From assembly GCA_964621305.1 (NCBI GenBank), contig CAZUOM010000007.1, forward strand, positions 5,422 to 69,421: a stretch of 64,000 nucleotides of DNA, written 5' to 3'. The notes beneath the pieces are model-generated. The model was given only the letters and a program-made list of their open reading frames with translations, did no database searches and was not told where the DNA came from. The number at the start of each line of letters is the position of its first letter. The first letter of the stretch is position 1. The stretch is from an uncultured Gammaproteobacteria bacterium (lineage in GTDB: Bacteria; Patescibacteriota; Microgenomatia; UBA10105; UBA927). The position numbers and the translations under genes are program-made. Shown one piece after another: positions 1 through 9,766 of this stretch.

Positions 1-780
1 GTACCGATCCTTACGGTGGTCCCAGTTGCGGCTTTGGTGGCCTTTTACCATCGTCATATCCAACAGAACATCTTTCCCTGGACCAGTTACCTAAGATGGG
101 AGAAGGTAGAGTATCCCATTAGGGTTTCTGACTATCTACAGGCATTGGGTCCAACCGTTCCTTTGTTCCTTCTTGCACTTGTTTGGTTGTGGAAGAGAAA
201 GAGTGCTGGTAGGCTATTGATTGCCTGGGTGGCAAGCAGTTGGATCGGGCTTTTTTTGGTTCCATACATTCCTTTAAGTAACAGTCGGTACCTTGGCGGA
301 TACCAGTTTATTCCGCTTGCCATCGGGGCGGTTGCTGGAATCTGGCGGCTGAGGTATCCGGTGGCCCGAGCGGTTATGGCGATGGCGCTTCTGGGTTACT
401 TTTCAGTTGGACTTTTGGCGTCTTGGAGAGAGCATGTCGGGTACGTGGAACAAAACAAAAACAGTATCCAAGTTTATGTGCCAAACGATCTTACGGATGC
501 GTTTCGTTTTATTGAAAAAAATACGTCCAAAGACAGCGTCATTGCGGCCCCCTATGAGATTTCTACGATGATTCCGGCCCTCACTGGACGCCGCGTGGTT
601 GCCGGACACCCCATGATGACCTATCAAGCGCAAGAGAAACGAGCGGATCTTGAAAAAATTTTGTCCGGACAAGTGAGAAAATACAACCCATCCTACCTTC
701 TTGTACCAACTTCCCATCGACTGCCGTATCCGGTGGCTTTTACCAATTCTTCCATCGTTTTATATAAATTTCCGAATTGA
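1..780 (+). CDS. 5'-truncated CDS: C-terminal part of a polytopic membrane protein. It belongs to the YfhO-distant paralog family seen at 5725, 7275, 11683 and 31594, and is a putative GT-C glycosyltransferase.
   Basis: The reading frame is open from base 1, so the gene starts upstream of the window. The product has multiple hydrophobic helices. Its C-terminal soluble motif (APYEISTMIPALTGRRVVAGH...) matches the C-termini of the other four paralogs. Confidence 0.55.
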   Translation, partial: VPILTVVPVAALVAFYHRHIQQNIFPWTSYLRWEKVEYPIRVSDYLQALGPTVPLFLLALVWLWKRKSAGRLLIAWVASSWIGLFLVPYIPLSNSRYLGGYQFIPLAIGAVAGIWRLRYPVARAVMAMALLGYFSVGLLASWREHVGYVEQNKNSIQVYVPNDLTDAFRFIEKNTSKDSVIAAPYEISTMIPALTGRRVVAGHPMMTYQAQEKRADLEKILSGQVRKYNPSYLLVPTSHRLPYPVAFTNSSIVLYKFPN

Positions 781-1412
781 AAAAATGCCGACGTGCCGTG
801 TTTCCTTGGGTAGTGGCGTACACCAACTTCTGCAAAGCGAGCGCCTGATTTTTGCAGTTTGCAAATTAACTCAAGACAGATGACGCCGCTTGTGCTCGTG
901 AGGACAATGTTTTTTAGTAGCGAACGCCGGATGAGACGAAAATCGCAATCAATATCCCGGATTGGGATGGAGTAAAGGCGATGAAGGGCCCAATTGTAGA
1001 GTGTGCCCATGACGCGACGGATCATTGGGTCGCTCCGGCGGACTTTATATCCGTTGACCACATCAATCCCCGGGCCGAGTTTGCTTGCCAGCTTTTTTAG
1101 TTGGTTCGGGTCATATTGGCCATCGCCGTCAGTATAAAACACCCAGTCGTAATTTGACGCGGCAAAACCGGCTCGTAGCGCCCCGCCGTAGCCACTAGGG
1201 TAGCGGTGACGGACAGCACGAAGGCGGGGGTATTTTTTGGCAAGTTTTTTTAAGACACCCGGTGTGTCATCAGTTGACCCATCGTCGATGACGATAATTT
1301 CGTATGCGTTAGTTATGACACGAGCCACCCGATCGGCTTTTGCAACCAGCTCCGGCAAAACCGGCGCGTCGTTGAGCGTGGGGAAGAAGATGGATAGAGA
1401 AGAAAGTCTCAT
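693..1412 (-). CDS. Family 2 glycosyltransferase (DPM1/GtrB/CsbB-like polyprenyl-phosphate sugar synthase)
   Basis: Motifs include LSIFFPTLNDAPVLPELV, a DxD-type region (EIIVIDDGSTDDT) and YTDGDGQYDP, typical of GT-A fold GT2 enzymes. It overlaps the downstream gene by 4 bp. Confidence 0.85.
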   Translation of the reverse strand: MRLSSLSIFFPTLNDAPVLPELVAKADRVARVITNAYEIIVIDDGSTDDTPGVLKKLAKKYPRLRAVRHRYPSGYGGALRAGFAASNYDWVFYTDGDGQYDPNQLKKLASKLGPGIDVVNGYKVRRSDPMIRRVMGTLYNWALHRLYSIPIRDIDCDFRLIRRSLLKNIVLTSTSGVICLELICKLQKSGARFAEVGVRHYPRKHGTSAFFQFGNLYKTMEELVKATGYGSRWEVGTRR

Positions 1413-2584
1413 GTTGCAAAGTAGCCGCGGGTAAAAAGCGTCATGTATGCCAGGAATAATATGAAGGAGATAGTAAAGCAGGCGAGCTTAATGAGCCAGT
1501 GCCTGGAGATGAGCAGGAGGCAGATTGTCAGATACATGGGGAAGAGGTGCAAGCCGTAGCGCGGGAAACCGGCGAAGGTGCCGGTGATAGTGGGAATAAG
1601 GACTGAGACAAAGAAAAAGACCCAGTATGACGGTCGAATTTTTTTATATGCATAAATGAGGAGGGCGATGAGGAAAAGAACAAACCCCAGTTCTCCGACT
1701 GCCACCCAATAGTTGAGTTTGGCCGGATCTGCCGTGATAAGAATTTTGAAATACCGCCAAAACACCTGAAGCGGAAACACCGGTTTATCCTGTTCCCAAA
1801 CCTTCATCGCATCAAAAAGTGCATACCAGCTGCCAAATTTATACTGGACGTAAGAGAGGTAGCCAGCAAATGCACCGGGAATGAGCAGGAATGAAAAAAA
1901 AGGTTTCCAGTTCGCGATTTTAACTGCCGTCAGATACTCGACGATTAAATACCAAAATAACGCCAGCCCGTTAAGACGAGTCAGTGTGGCAAAGGCTCCG
2001 GCAAGACTTGCTGCAAGCCAACGTTTTTGTCTGCCCCAGTAAATGGAAAGCGTAGCAAGAAAGAAAAAGAGTGAATCGTTGTAGACGGCGCCATAATAAA
2101 AGCTCGTGGGCCAAGATAGCACGATGAGGAAAACAAGCGGGACGAGGGAGGCGAGGCGATCTAGAACTAAAAGCTTTCGAATAACGAAAAGTGCTGCCAC
2201 TAGGGCGGCAAGAGAGACGAGCTGTCCAGCGATAAGGAGGGGCAGGCCCGTTAATTTTCTTACCACCCACATGGCCGCAGGGAAAAGCGGAAAAAAAGGC
2301 TGTTGGCCATGAAGATAACCTTCCTGTTGGGCCACTGCCATGTAATAGAAGCCGTCGAGGTTTCCCCATACCCAGAGGCCATATGGAAGGTCCAGGCCGA
2401 ACTGGGTGAATTTTATATCGCGGATAGCGGTCAAGGGTTCTTGTAGCGGCATGAGACCTGCCAGTCCATAGGAAGCTGCAATAATTGCTATTTTCCAAAG
2501 AATTACCAAGCCGACGACAAAGAGAAAAAAACGACTAGACATATTGGAAAAACCGTTTAAGAGAGTCAACGATATAGTAAACAT
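1409..2584 (-). CDS. Polytopic membrane protein, putative GT-C mannosyltransferase-like (PIG-V/DUF2029-like)
   Basis: The product has more than 10 predicted transmembrane helices and a W..NLDG.YY motif. A more likely start is the internal Met at 2542 (MSSRFFLF...). The gene sits in an operon-like run with the GT2 gene. Confidence 0.5.
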   Translation of the reverse strand: MFTISLTLLNGFSNMSSRFFLFVVGLVILWKIAIIAASYGLAGLMPLQEPLTAIRDIKFTQFGLDLPYGLWVWGNLDGFYYMAVAQQEGYLHGQQPFFPLFPAAMWVVRKLTGLPLLIAGQLVSLAALVAALFVIRKLLVLDRLASLVPLVFLIVLSWPTSFYYGAVYNDSLFFFLATLSIYWGRQKRWLAASLAGAFATLTRLNGLALFWYLIVEYLTAVKIANWKPFFSFLLIPGAFAGYLSYVQYKFGSWYALFDAMKVWEQDKPVFPLQVFWRYFKILITADPAKLNYWVAVGELGFVLFLIALLIYAYKKIRPSYWVFFFVSVLIPTITGTFAGFPRYGLHLFPMYLTICLLLISRHWLIKLACFTISFILFLAYMTLFTRGYFAT

Positions 2585-3653
2585 CCTTCTTTGTCAGAAA
2601 TTCGTGGAAAGGTAAAGAGATAACCCTATCTGATAGGCGTTCCGCTACGGGGAAATCGCCACGCCTACGGCCAAGCATGGCAAATGCAGGAACCAGGTGG
2701 ACGGCGTGTGGATAGTGGACTAGGGTAGGAATTTTTTTTGATGAAAGATACACGCGCATTCTGTCTCGTTGGTCGGTATCTATGACCAATAGGTGGGGAG
2801 CGGGCGTACTCAAAGGATGAGAAGACAAAAGTCTAACTTTTGTATCAATATTTGATACGTTTATTGCTTCTTTATACCACTGGTAAACCAGATGACGTTT
2901 TTTTTGATTTTTGGGAAATACTCTTAGTGCCGCAAGTAGGCTTGCTGCCTGAAGTTCCGGTAGCCTGCTGTGGCCGGCAATACGTTGGCTTTCGTACTTG
3001 ACTATTTCACCGTACTGTTTGGCGCCTCTTATGAAAGAAGTGATGCTTTTGTTTTTGGTACAGATCGCCCCTCCGTCGCCGGCTGAGCCGAGATTTTTGG
3101 TTGGATAAAAGGAAAAACATCCAATATCGCTAAGCGTTCCTACGGGTTGACCTTTCCATGTGGCGCCAAATGCCTGTGCGCAATCTTCGATGAGACTGAT
3201 GCGAAGATTGGTGCATAACGTACGGATAGGATCCACATTTCCTACAAGTCCGTACATATGGACCAAAATAACGACTTTTGTTTTTTTTGTGATTATCGCT
3301 TGAAGGAATGTTGGATCCAACTGGCCATTTTGGTCTACGTCGGCAAGGACGGCTGTTGCACCGGATAGGACAACGGGGAAAGCCGTCGGGTAGGCATTTG
3401 CCGGGATGATGACTTCATCAGATGGAGTAAGATCCAGTGACTGGAGAGCCAGGAGGAGCGCGTCATGACCACTTGCACATGTTGTGACCCTGCCTTGGCC
3501 GAGTTTTTTTTCTAAAGATAGCGACAGGCGTGCGTTTTCTTTCCCTTCTAAAAATACTCCGGACTCTGTCACCCGAGAAAAAGCAGCGAGCAATTCTTTT
3601 TTATGATCGACGGCTGCCTGTTGCACACCGTTGAAAGAAATATAGGGTCGCAT
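2535..3653 (-). CDS. DegT/DnrJ/EryC1/StrS-family PLP-dependent sugar aminotransferase
   Basis: The start is called at the internal Met (MRPYISF...) rather than the ORF maximum at 3809. The sequence shows the typical fold-type I sugar aminotransferase pattern (GHDALLLALQSLDL..DEVIIPANAYPTAF, SFYPTKNLGSAGDGGAI). Confidence 0.85.
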   Translation of the reverse strand: MRPYISFNGVQQAAVDHKKELLAAFSRVTESGVFLEGKENARLSLSLEKKLGQGRVTTCASGHDALLLALQSLDLTPSDEVIIPANAYPTAFPVVLSGATAVLADVDQNGQLDPTFLQAIITKKTKVVILVHMYGLVGNVDPIRTLCTNLRISLIEDCAQAFGATWKGQPVGTLSDIGCFSFYPTKNLGSAGDGGAICTKNKSITSFIRGAKQYGEIVKYESQRIAGHSRLPELQAASLLAALRVFPKNQKKRHLVYQWYKEAINVSNIDTKVRLLSSHPLSTPAPHLLVIDTDQRDRMRVYLSSKKIPTLVHYPHAVHLVPAFAMLGRRRGDFPVAERLSDRVISLPFHEFLTKKDVYYIVDSLKRFFQYV

Positions 3654-3663
3654 GTCCTTAACA

Positions 3664-4257
3664 TTAGTCTCGTTGGGGTTTCCAAAAGTCTCTGCCTTGT
3701 ATGTCCCATGGCAGACGATGCTCGTCGGGGTTTTGTAGATCGAACTGCTCAGAAGCACAGTAGAGAATTGGTACCGGTTGACTGGTGAGATTAACGGATC
3801 CGTGTGCAACTCCTGCTGGTATCAGAAGCATCGTTGGTCCGGATTTACCCATCACGAGGCGAGATATGATGCCGTTGGTTGGAGACGTTTTCCTTATATC
3901 CCAGAGGCCAACGATAAGGTGCGCATCTGTTGGAACATACCAAAGCTCATCTTGAATGAAGTGGAGGTGCCAAGCTTTTATTGCACCAGGATACTGGAGG
4001 CTTCGGGATATTTGTCGGACATGAAAGCTTGGCATATCCTCAAGGTGGCCATGAGCGTTGAGTTTAAATATTTCAACAAAATCACTATCTTCTGACACGT
4101 GATGTGTGCGTGAAAGTGTTTCGACTCCGTGGATTGTCTTCGCATGTCCGTACGATTGGGTGTAGACGCTTTTGCGCACGGAGTCGTTTATGTCGTCGAT
4201 GGTGATGGGTCTATTCATTACCCTGTCATTATCCTTTACCGGAGCCATTTTCGTCAA
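3664..4257 (-). CDS. RmlC-like cupin (dTDP-4-dehydrorhamnose 3,5-epimerase family / sugar ketoisomerase)
   Basis: The cupin core WHLHFIQDELWYVPTDAHLIVGLWDIR...LLIPAGVAHGSVNL and the tail EHRLPWD match RmlC-type epimerases. The start may lie at a downstream Met. Confidence 0.65.
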   Translation of the reverse strand: MTKMAPVKDNDRVMNRPITIDDINDSVRKSVYTQSYGHAKTIHGVETLSRTHHVSEDSDFVEIFKLNAHGHLEDMPSFHVRQISRSLQYPGAIKAWHLHFIQDELWYVPTDAHLIVGLWDIRKTSPTNGIISRLVMGKSGPTMLLIPAGVAHGSVNLTSQPVPILYCASEQFDLQNPDEHRLPWDIQGRDFWKPQRD

Positions 4258-4445
4258 GCAGACTTTGGCTTGGTAGCAATAGCTATGATGCCAACACCTA
4301 ATGGTAGGTTGAAAAAGCGCAGAACGAAGGCTTCAGCAAAGAGAACGTGTGACAAGATGTTATTGATAAATCTTGGCAAGACAAGGATGCTTGATGTGTC
4401 AATTTTTGGGAGATGGAGGAAGCCAGCGATTGCGTTAAGCATCAT
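4254..4445 (-). CDS. Hypothetical small protein (63 aa) bridging the RmlC-like and methyltransferase genes
   Basis: This ORF fills the 184-bp gap and overlaps both neighbours by 4 bp. No recognisable domain was found. Confidence 0.2.
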   Translation of the reverse strand: MMLNAIAGFLHLPKIDTSSILVLPRFINNILSHVLFAEAFVLRFFNLPLGVGIIAIATKPKSA

Positions 4446-5011
4446 GACTGGAAAAAATACCGCGTTTGCGTATGAAAGTTTATTGATGTAAAAGCCTGAC
4501 GACAGCAGTTTTTTTGCAATCCGTTTTTGGTATAGCGTTCTCTTGTATGGACAAGTCGGTCATGAAACGTCATAAACAGAGGATGGGCGGGAACACGAAC
4601 AATGAGCAACCCCCCTGGTTTGAGTGTCCGGTAACATTCACGAAGTGCACGTTGGTCGTTGACAAGTCGGTGATATAAAACATCCATGCTTACAATCACG
4701 TCAAAAGAATTATTACGATAGGGAAGTTCGTTGACCGATGCGATACTAGCGTTGACATGAGCTGCTTTGGCAAGTTTTACCGCAATCGGAGAAATGTCTA
4801 TGGCATCCACTTGGCCAAACTTATTGAGGTCTTTGACCAGGTGACCAGTGCCACAGCCGGCATCGAGTATATGGAAAGAGTTCATGGGCAGGTGAGTGTG
4901 TAATTTTTGGAGATAGTTTTTAAGCAGTGAGACAATGATGGCACGATTACCTACGTAGTAGAAGTGACTTGCTTGACGTGTGGCAACAGCGTAGTATTCA
5001 GACGTTTTCAT
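4442..5011 (-). CDS. Class I SAM-dependent methyltransferase
   Basis: It carries motif I (ILDAGCGTGHL) and a post-I acidic residue (VDAIDIS), followed by SFDVIVS...LKPGGLLIV. Confidence 0.85.
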   Translation of the reverse strand: MKTSEYYAVATRQASHFYYVGNRAIIVSLLKNYLQKLHTHLPMNSFHILDAGCGTGHLVKDLNKFGQVDAIDISPIAVKLAKAAHVNASIASVNELPYRNNSFDVIVSMDVLYHRLVNDQRALRECYRTLKPGGLLIVRVPAHPLFMTFHDRLVHTRERYTKNGLQKNCCRQAFTSINFHTQTRYFFQS

Positions 5012-5040
5012 GATAATCGTATTGTATACTGACTGAAAGT

Positions 5041-5781
5041 ATGTTAAAAAGATCTAATATAGTGGTCGTGATGCCTGCGTACAACGCAGCACGCACGCTT
5101 GGTGAGACAGTAAGAGAGATCCCCAAAGGCTTTGCAAAAAAAATTATCCTCGTGGATGACGGATCAACCGACGGTACAGTTGCTTTGGCCAAAAGGCTGG
5201 GCATCACTGTCTTCGCTCATCCGGTAAATACCGGCTACGGCGGAAACCAAAAAACGTGCTACTGGGAGTCGCTTAAGTTCAAACCTGATGTTGTCGTTAT
5301 GCTTCACCCGGATTACCAGTATGACGGTAGCCGACTGCCGAACTTGGTAGCCCCCATTTTATCCGGAGAATGCGGCATGATGATAGGTTCACGGATTCGC
5401 ACTCGGCACGAAGCCCTCGTCGGCGGTATGCCGGTCGTGAAGTATTTTTTAAATAGAATTCTGACGACAATAGAAAATATGGTGTTGGGGGTAAATCTAT
5501 CCGAGCATCTATCGGGTCTGCGAGCGTATTCTAGAAACGTCATCATGACGGTCCCGTTTCAGCGATTCTCCAACGATTTTGTTTTTGACCAGCAGTTCCT
5601 TATCTCAACGTTAACCCATGGTTTTCTCGTCGGCGAAATTCCGGTCCCAGTCCGTTACCACGAGAAGGCTTCATCAATCGGCTACCTTGCTGGCACCAAA
5701 TTTTTGTTGGAAACATTTTGGTGCTTATTGTTGTATGTCCTCCATTCGTTTCGTATCTACCGATCGACCTGGTACGAGTGA
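5041..5781 (+). CDS. Family 2 glycosyltransferase
   Basis: Motifs include VVVMPAYNAARTL, ILVDDGSTDGT and YQYDGS..L (GT-A fold). Confidence 0.85.
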   Translation: MLKRSNIVVVMPAYNAARTLGETVREIPKGFAKKIILVDDGSTDGTVALAKRLGITVFAHPVNTGYGGNQKTCYWESLKFKPDVVVMLHPDYQYDGSRLPNLVAPILSGECGMMIGSRIRTRHEALVGGMPVVKYFLNRILTTIENMVLGVNLSEHLSGLRAYSRNVIMTVPFQRFSNDFVFDQQFLISTLTHGFLVGEIPVPVRYHEKASSIGYLAGTKFLLETFWCLLLYVLHSFRIYRSTWYE

Positions 5782-7275
5782 CGTATCGACGGCAACGACA
5801 GATACGTTTTCATCGGTAAATGTTGGCACAAGGAAACGATACTTATTGGTTGGTAAAGCTGAAAGCGGCTTTGTGTCGACTCCGAAGAGGACATAGTTGA
5901 CTTTTTGCTCCCGGACAAAATCGAGGGCATCTTCCTGGTTCATCCGGCCGTCGATAAACGCGAAGACGCGGTCACGAAGGGGGTAATAGTCGGCAACAGA
6001 GTCATCGCGGCCGATGACGCTTCGGTGTTTGGTAAACGCTGGGATCATTTGGCTCACATATTCCCCGGAGACAACAACGTGTTCGTTCGGAAACGTATTG
6101 AGAAAACGAAATGCAGAAAGTAGCGGCTTTGGGACGAACACATTGTAGGACGAAAGATTATGCGGTTTAAGGAGGGTCTTCATAGTGGTGACATATACTA
6201 TGACCCCATAGAGAAGGACTGCGGTGATAACGAGCGCACTAGCAAATTTCCTTATGAAAAAAACTGCAAGAAGAGTAATAGGGATGTATTGATAGGTCTG
6301 TAAAAGTCGCGAATAATTGATGGGCAAAACAGTTCCGACCAGCGGGAACAAAAGTATAGGTACATAGGCCCACGTGATAAGCGTTATAAAGACAAATGAG
6401 AGTTTTTTTCGCATAATCCATACGCCGATTGCTGACAGGGGAAAGAGCGGTCCGAGCGATAAGATATAGTTAAGGTACGTTGTCGGTGGATTAAAATGAA
6501 GCATTCGTTCGTACATAATCGACCAAGGTGGGACCGAGCCAAGAATAAACATAGTATAGAGAAGTATTGGCGAAGTGCTCACTAGGAGTATCATAAAATG
6601 CCGGCCCATGCGCTTTACGCTCGGGGCCAAAAACAGGAGCGAGAAAAGAAAAATGGAAGGGTTAAGAAGCGCAAGGCACCAACCGAGGACGACGGATCGG
6701 CCTAGACTTCGTTTTGCAAAGGCTATTATCATGCCCATCCAGGCTGCGAGTGCTAGCAGGTGATGCGGGGGCAGAGAGTATTTGGAGATAATGCCAAAGT
6801 GGTTGCTCCATGGGACGGTCTCAAACCCCGTGCCAAAAAGAAAAAGCAGCAATCCGATGGCGCGGCGCAATGTTGAAGGAAAGAGCATGCTCATCAATTG
6901 ATAAAGCGTGAAGAAAAACGCAAGGAGAGAGACTGCGCGTAGTACAAGGTAGGCTATCGGCGTAGAAAGATTAAAGAAGCCGGCGATGATACCGGTGATT
7001 GAAAAAAGGGGATGAACAAGCACATGGGGTTGGGCAGTGGCACGGTATCTGCTATCAAGGAGAACTTGTCCCAGTGACCCACTTTCGATCCATGAGAGAT
7101 ACTGGTAGTAGTCAGGGAGAAATCCTTCGGCAAATACGAATTCGGTATTGGGCGGACTGTTGCGCCACTGTATGATAGTAGAGATAAAGACGTTCCCAAA
7201 AACTATAGCGGTGAATAAGAGAAAATAGATTGACTTCATAAAAATACTTTTTTCGAACGTCAGTTTACCATACAA
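5725..7275 (-). CDS. Polytopic membrane protein of the YfhO-distant paralog family (putative GT-C glycosyltransferase)
   Basis: The product has more than 12 predicted TM helices. The conserved C-terminal domain (VVVSGEYVSQMIPAFTKHRSVIGRDD...) is shared with the ORFs at 1-780, 7275, 11683 and 31594. The N-terminus carries a DYYQYL motif. The start may be at 7239. Confidence 0.55.
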   Translation of the reverse strand: MYGKLTFEKSIFMKSIYFLLFTAIVFGNVFISTIIQWRNSPPNTEFVFAEGFLPDYYQYLSWIESGSLGQVLLDSRYRATAQPHVLVHPLFSITGIIAGFFNLSTPIAYLVLRAVSLLAFFFTLYQLMSMLFPSTLRRAIGLLLFLFGTGFETVPWSNHFGIISKYSLPPHHLLALAAWMGMIIAFAKRSLGRSVVLGWCLALLNPSIFLFSLLFLAPSVKRMGRHFMILLVSTSPILLYTMFILGSVPPWSIMYERMLHFNPPTTYLNYILSLGPLFPLSAIGVWIMRKKLSFVFITLITWAYVPILLFPLVGTVLPINYSRLLQTYQYIPITLLAVFFIRKFASALVITAVLLYGVIVYVTTMKTLLKPHNLSSYNVFVPKPLLSAFRFLNTFPNEHVVVSGEYVSQMIPAFTKHRSVIGRDDSVADYYPLRDRVFAFIDGRMNQEDALDFVREQKVNYVLFGVDTKPLSALPTNKYRFLVPTFTDENVSVVAVDTSLVPGRSVDTKRMEDIQQ

Positions 7276-8906
7276 TGTGGGATATCGTGAGGAGATACAT
7301 TTTTTCTTTGCTGATTCTGTTTTTTGTCGGATTTTCGTTGTGGCCGACTATCTATGAGATAGCTCGTCGTGACAGTATACAACCTAATCGAGCTTTTGAA
7401 CTTATCCACAACTTCCCGACGGACTATAACTTTTATCTTTCTCGAATCCGCCAGGGGATCGAAGGACGGACTATGGTGGTTGAACAATATACATCTGAGC
7501 CGCATGGGGGATCGTTGGTTCACATATTCTATCTTGCACTCGGTTGGATTGGGCGTTGGGTTCGCGTGCCTTGGGAGCGGGCAGGGGACGTATATCATAT
7601 AGCCAGAATTGTATTTGGTGTGACACTTCTTTGGCTCATGGCAATGTTTACAAAACAAGCATTTTCCCATTCTCGGTTTTCGATTGTTTCTTTTCTATTA
7701 GCAGTTACCGCCTCTACGTGGCCGACACTGGTATTTTACAACGGCGGGTGGCGGTTCGGAGGCTACATGCCCTGGTGGTCTCTGATGGATAGTCTCCAGA
7801 GGATCACGTTTATTCCCCATCTATTGGCTGGTCAGGCGCTGACTTTGTTTTTAGTGATGTCTACTTCAGACGACAAAGTTATGTCAAAAGGAGGCAACTG
7901 GATCTTCTTGGGGATACTTGCATTCGTTCTTGGCATCATTTTTCCTCCTGGATTGTTTTTTGTGCTCGTCGTCATGAGCATCGGGGAAGTATGGCATATA
8001 CGGAAGATATGGGGACGAATTCTTTCACGGGTAGTCATCTTTGGGTTGGCGCTTCCTGCGTTGGTTTACCTCCAGATGATAACGTCGTTTTATCCATGGA
8101 AGCGGTTGACGGAATTTGACATCATCAAACCACTTCCATTTAATTATCTCGAGTACTTTTTAGCAGTTGGGCCGTTGCTTCCTTTGGGATTGGTCGGATT
8201 AATCGCTGCTCTTATTCGGAGGGAAAAATCTATGATTCTATCGACGGCCTGGGTAGCCGCGTGGCTTTTCTTACTTTTTGCCTTCAGGTTTGTTCCTCAA
8301 CAGTCACCTCTACGGTTTTCAGAGATGATTCCTCACGTACCGCTGGCGGTTTTATCCTCTTATATTTTTTATAATCTTTACAATCGTTATAAACGCTATA
8401 ACCGTTATATTCTTCTTTTTCCGGCTACCATTATTGCAGTTGGTTTAGGGGTTATGCTTTCTTCTATTTGGTGGCAGCGAGATTTCATCGATCATAAAAT
8501 GAGCGCGTCCTATCCACTCGTTCCGACCGGTAGTTACGTCATGTACCCGCTCAAAGATTTTATTGCCGCAATGAAGTTTCTGCAGGATAGAACCACTAGA
8601 GATACAGTTATTTTTTCAGAAACAACAGCTGGCAACTACATGCCGGTATATAGCGGCAATACGGTATATGTTGGGCACGCCAATACTGTGAAAGCCGAGG
8701 AAAAAGAGATTATTGTCCGGCGGTTTTTCAGCGGTCAAATGAAAGTTGATGAGGCGAAAACCTGGCTTTTGCAAAACAATTTGCACTTTATTTTCTTTGG
8801 CCCACAGGAGAAAGAGGTGGGAGGAGTAGCGGAGTTGTCAAAAATTTATCCGTTCCTTAAATCTATTTACACCAATAATTTTGTTACTGTTTATAAAAGT
8901 CAATGA
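7275..8906 (+). CDS. Polytopic membrane protein of the YfhO-distant paralog family (putative GT-C glycosyltransferase)
   Basis: It has an N-terminal DYNFYLSRIRQG motif and a C-terminal family domain (VIFSETTAGNYMPVYSGNTVYVGH...). An in-frame 9-nt repeat tract lies at 8386-8412. Confidence 0.55.
   Translation: MWDIVRRYIFSLLILFFVGFSLWPTIYEIARRDSIQPNRAFELIHNFPTDYNFYLSRIRQGIEGRTMVVEQYTSEPHGGSLVHIFYLALGWIGRWVRVPWERAGDVYHIARIVFGVTLLWLMAMFTKQAFSHSRFSIVSFLLAVTASTWPTLVFYNGGWRFGGYMPWWSLMDSLQRITFIPHLLAGQALTLFLVMSTSDDKVMSKGGNWIFLGILAFVLGIIFPPGLFFVLVVMSIGEVWHIRKIWGRILSRVVIFGLALPALVYLQMITSFYPWKRLTEFDIIKPLPFNYLEYFLAVGPLLPLGLVGLIAALIRREKSMILSTAWVAAWLFLLFAFRFVPQQSPLRFSEMIPHVPLAVLSSYIFYNLYNRYKRYNRYILLFPATIIAVGLGVMLSSIWWQRDFIDHKMSASYPLVPTGSYVMYPLKDFIAAMKFLQDRTTRDTVIFSETTAGNYMPVYSGNTVYVGHANTVKAEEKEIIVRRFFSGQMKVDEAKTWLLQNNLHFIFFGPQEKEVGGVAELSKIYPFLKSIYTNNFVTVYKSQ
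8386..8412. repeat. 9-nt in-frame repeat x3 (CGTTATAAA-like) inside the membrane gene at 7275-8906
   Basis: Read directly from the sequence: cgttataaacgctataaccgttatatt. It encodes NRYKRYNRY. Confidence 0.8.
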
Positions 8907-9766
8907 AGTGTTACTTATGTCGCTGCCAAATGCAGACATTTATTAAAAAAAATGGTTACGAAATTTGGGATTGTCCTAATTGCGGCTTTAAGTCGACGGA
9001 TTTACACCAGGATTATAAGATTTTTGTTCAGAAATTTTATTCTCAGGAATATTTTACAGGCGATCCGACACGAGGTGCTTACTTTGATTACAAAAGAGAC
9101 AAACCCTACATAGTTCGAAACATGAAGAAAGTTCTTACAAAAATTAAGCTATATAAAAGAGGTGGCCGTTTGTTAGACGTTGGTTGTGCAATGGGATTTT
9201 TTGTCGAGCTAGCTTTGGATGCTGGATTTGACGCGTATGGCATAGACCCTTCACATTATGCAATTTCAAATCGCGCCGAAAATCTTAACGGAAGGCTGCA
9301 GATGGGAACAGTTGATACTATCCGTTTTGCCGCTAAATCTTTTGACGTGATTACCATGCTTGATGTCATCGAGCACTTACCAGATCCGAGAAGAGTTCTA
9401 AAGAAAGCACTTACTCTTCTTAAAGACGACGGAATTGTTGTCATCGCAACCGGTGATACAGATAGTGTATATGCAAAAATCTTTAAGCGACGCTGGACGT
9501 TTTACAATCCGCCCCAACACTTACATTTCTTTTCGCGCAGAATTTTCCTTAAGTTCTTGCTAGAAACCGGATTCAAACCTTTGACAACATTTATTATCGG
9601 AAAATGGTTAAGCTTGAGGTACGTATTGCACTTGGCAAAAACAGGAGCAGAAAGCATTTTTGCTGGCAGGCTTTCTTATTTAGTTAAAAAAATCAGAATT
9701 GACTGGCTGCCCCTTTTTTTGCCGGCGCGCGACAACTTCGTCGTTATTGCCAGAAAGACAAAGTGA
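8903..9766 (+). CDS. Class I SAM-dependent methyltransferase with an N-terminal Cys4 zinc ribbon
   Basis: The zinc ribbon is C-x2-C...C-x2-C (CRCQ...CPNCG). Motif I is LLDVGCAMGFF, and DVITMLDVIEHL is also present. Confidence 0.8.
   Translation: MKCYLCRCQMQTFIKKNGYEIWDCPNCGFKSTDLHQDYKIFVQKFYSQEYFTGDPTRGAYFDYKRDKPYIVRNMKKVLTKIKLYKRGGRLLDVGCAMGFFVELALDAGFDAYGIDPSHYAISNRAENLNGRLQMGTVDTIRFAAKSFDVITMLDVIEHLPDPRRVLKKALTLLKDDGIVVIATGDTDSVYAKIFKRRWTFYNPPQHLHFFSRRIFLKFLLETGFKPLTTFIIGKWLSLRYVLHLAKTGAESIFAGRLSYLVKKIRIDWLPLFLPARDNFVVIARKTK

Noticed and set aside
1971-2498. There are long antisense or alternative-frame ORFs inside confidently called genes, for example 1971-2498, 23147-23755, 47623-48054, 49912-50505, 52654-53112, 55414-56007, 15289-15780 and 58743-59099.
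   Set aside because: These are shadow ORFs that fully overlap genes with clear domain signatures on the other strand or frame. They have no motifs and an odd composition.
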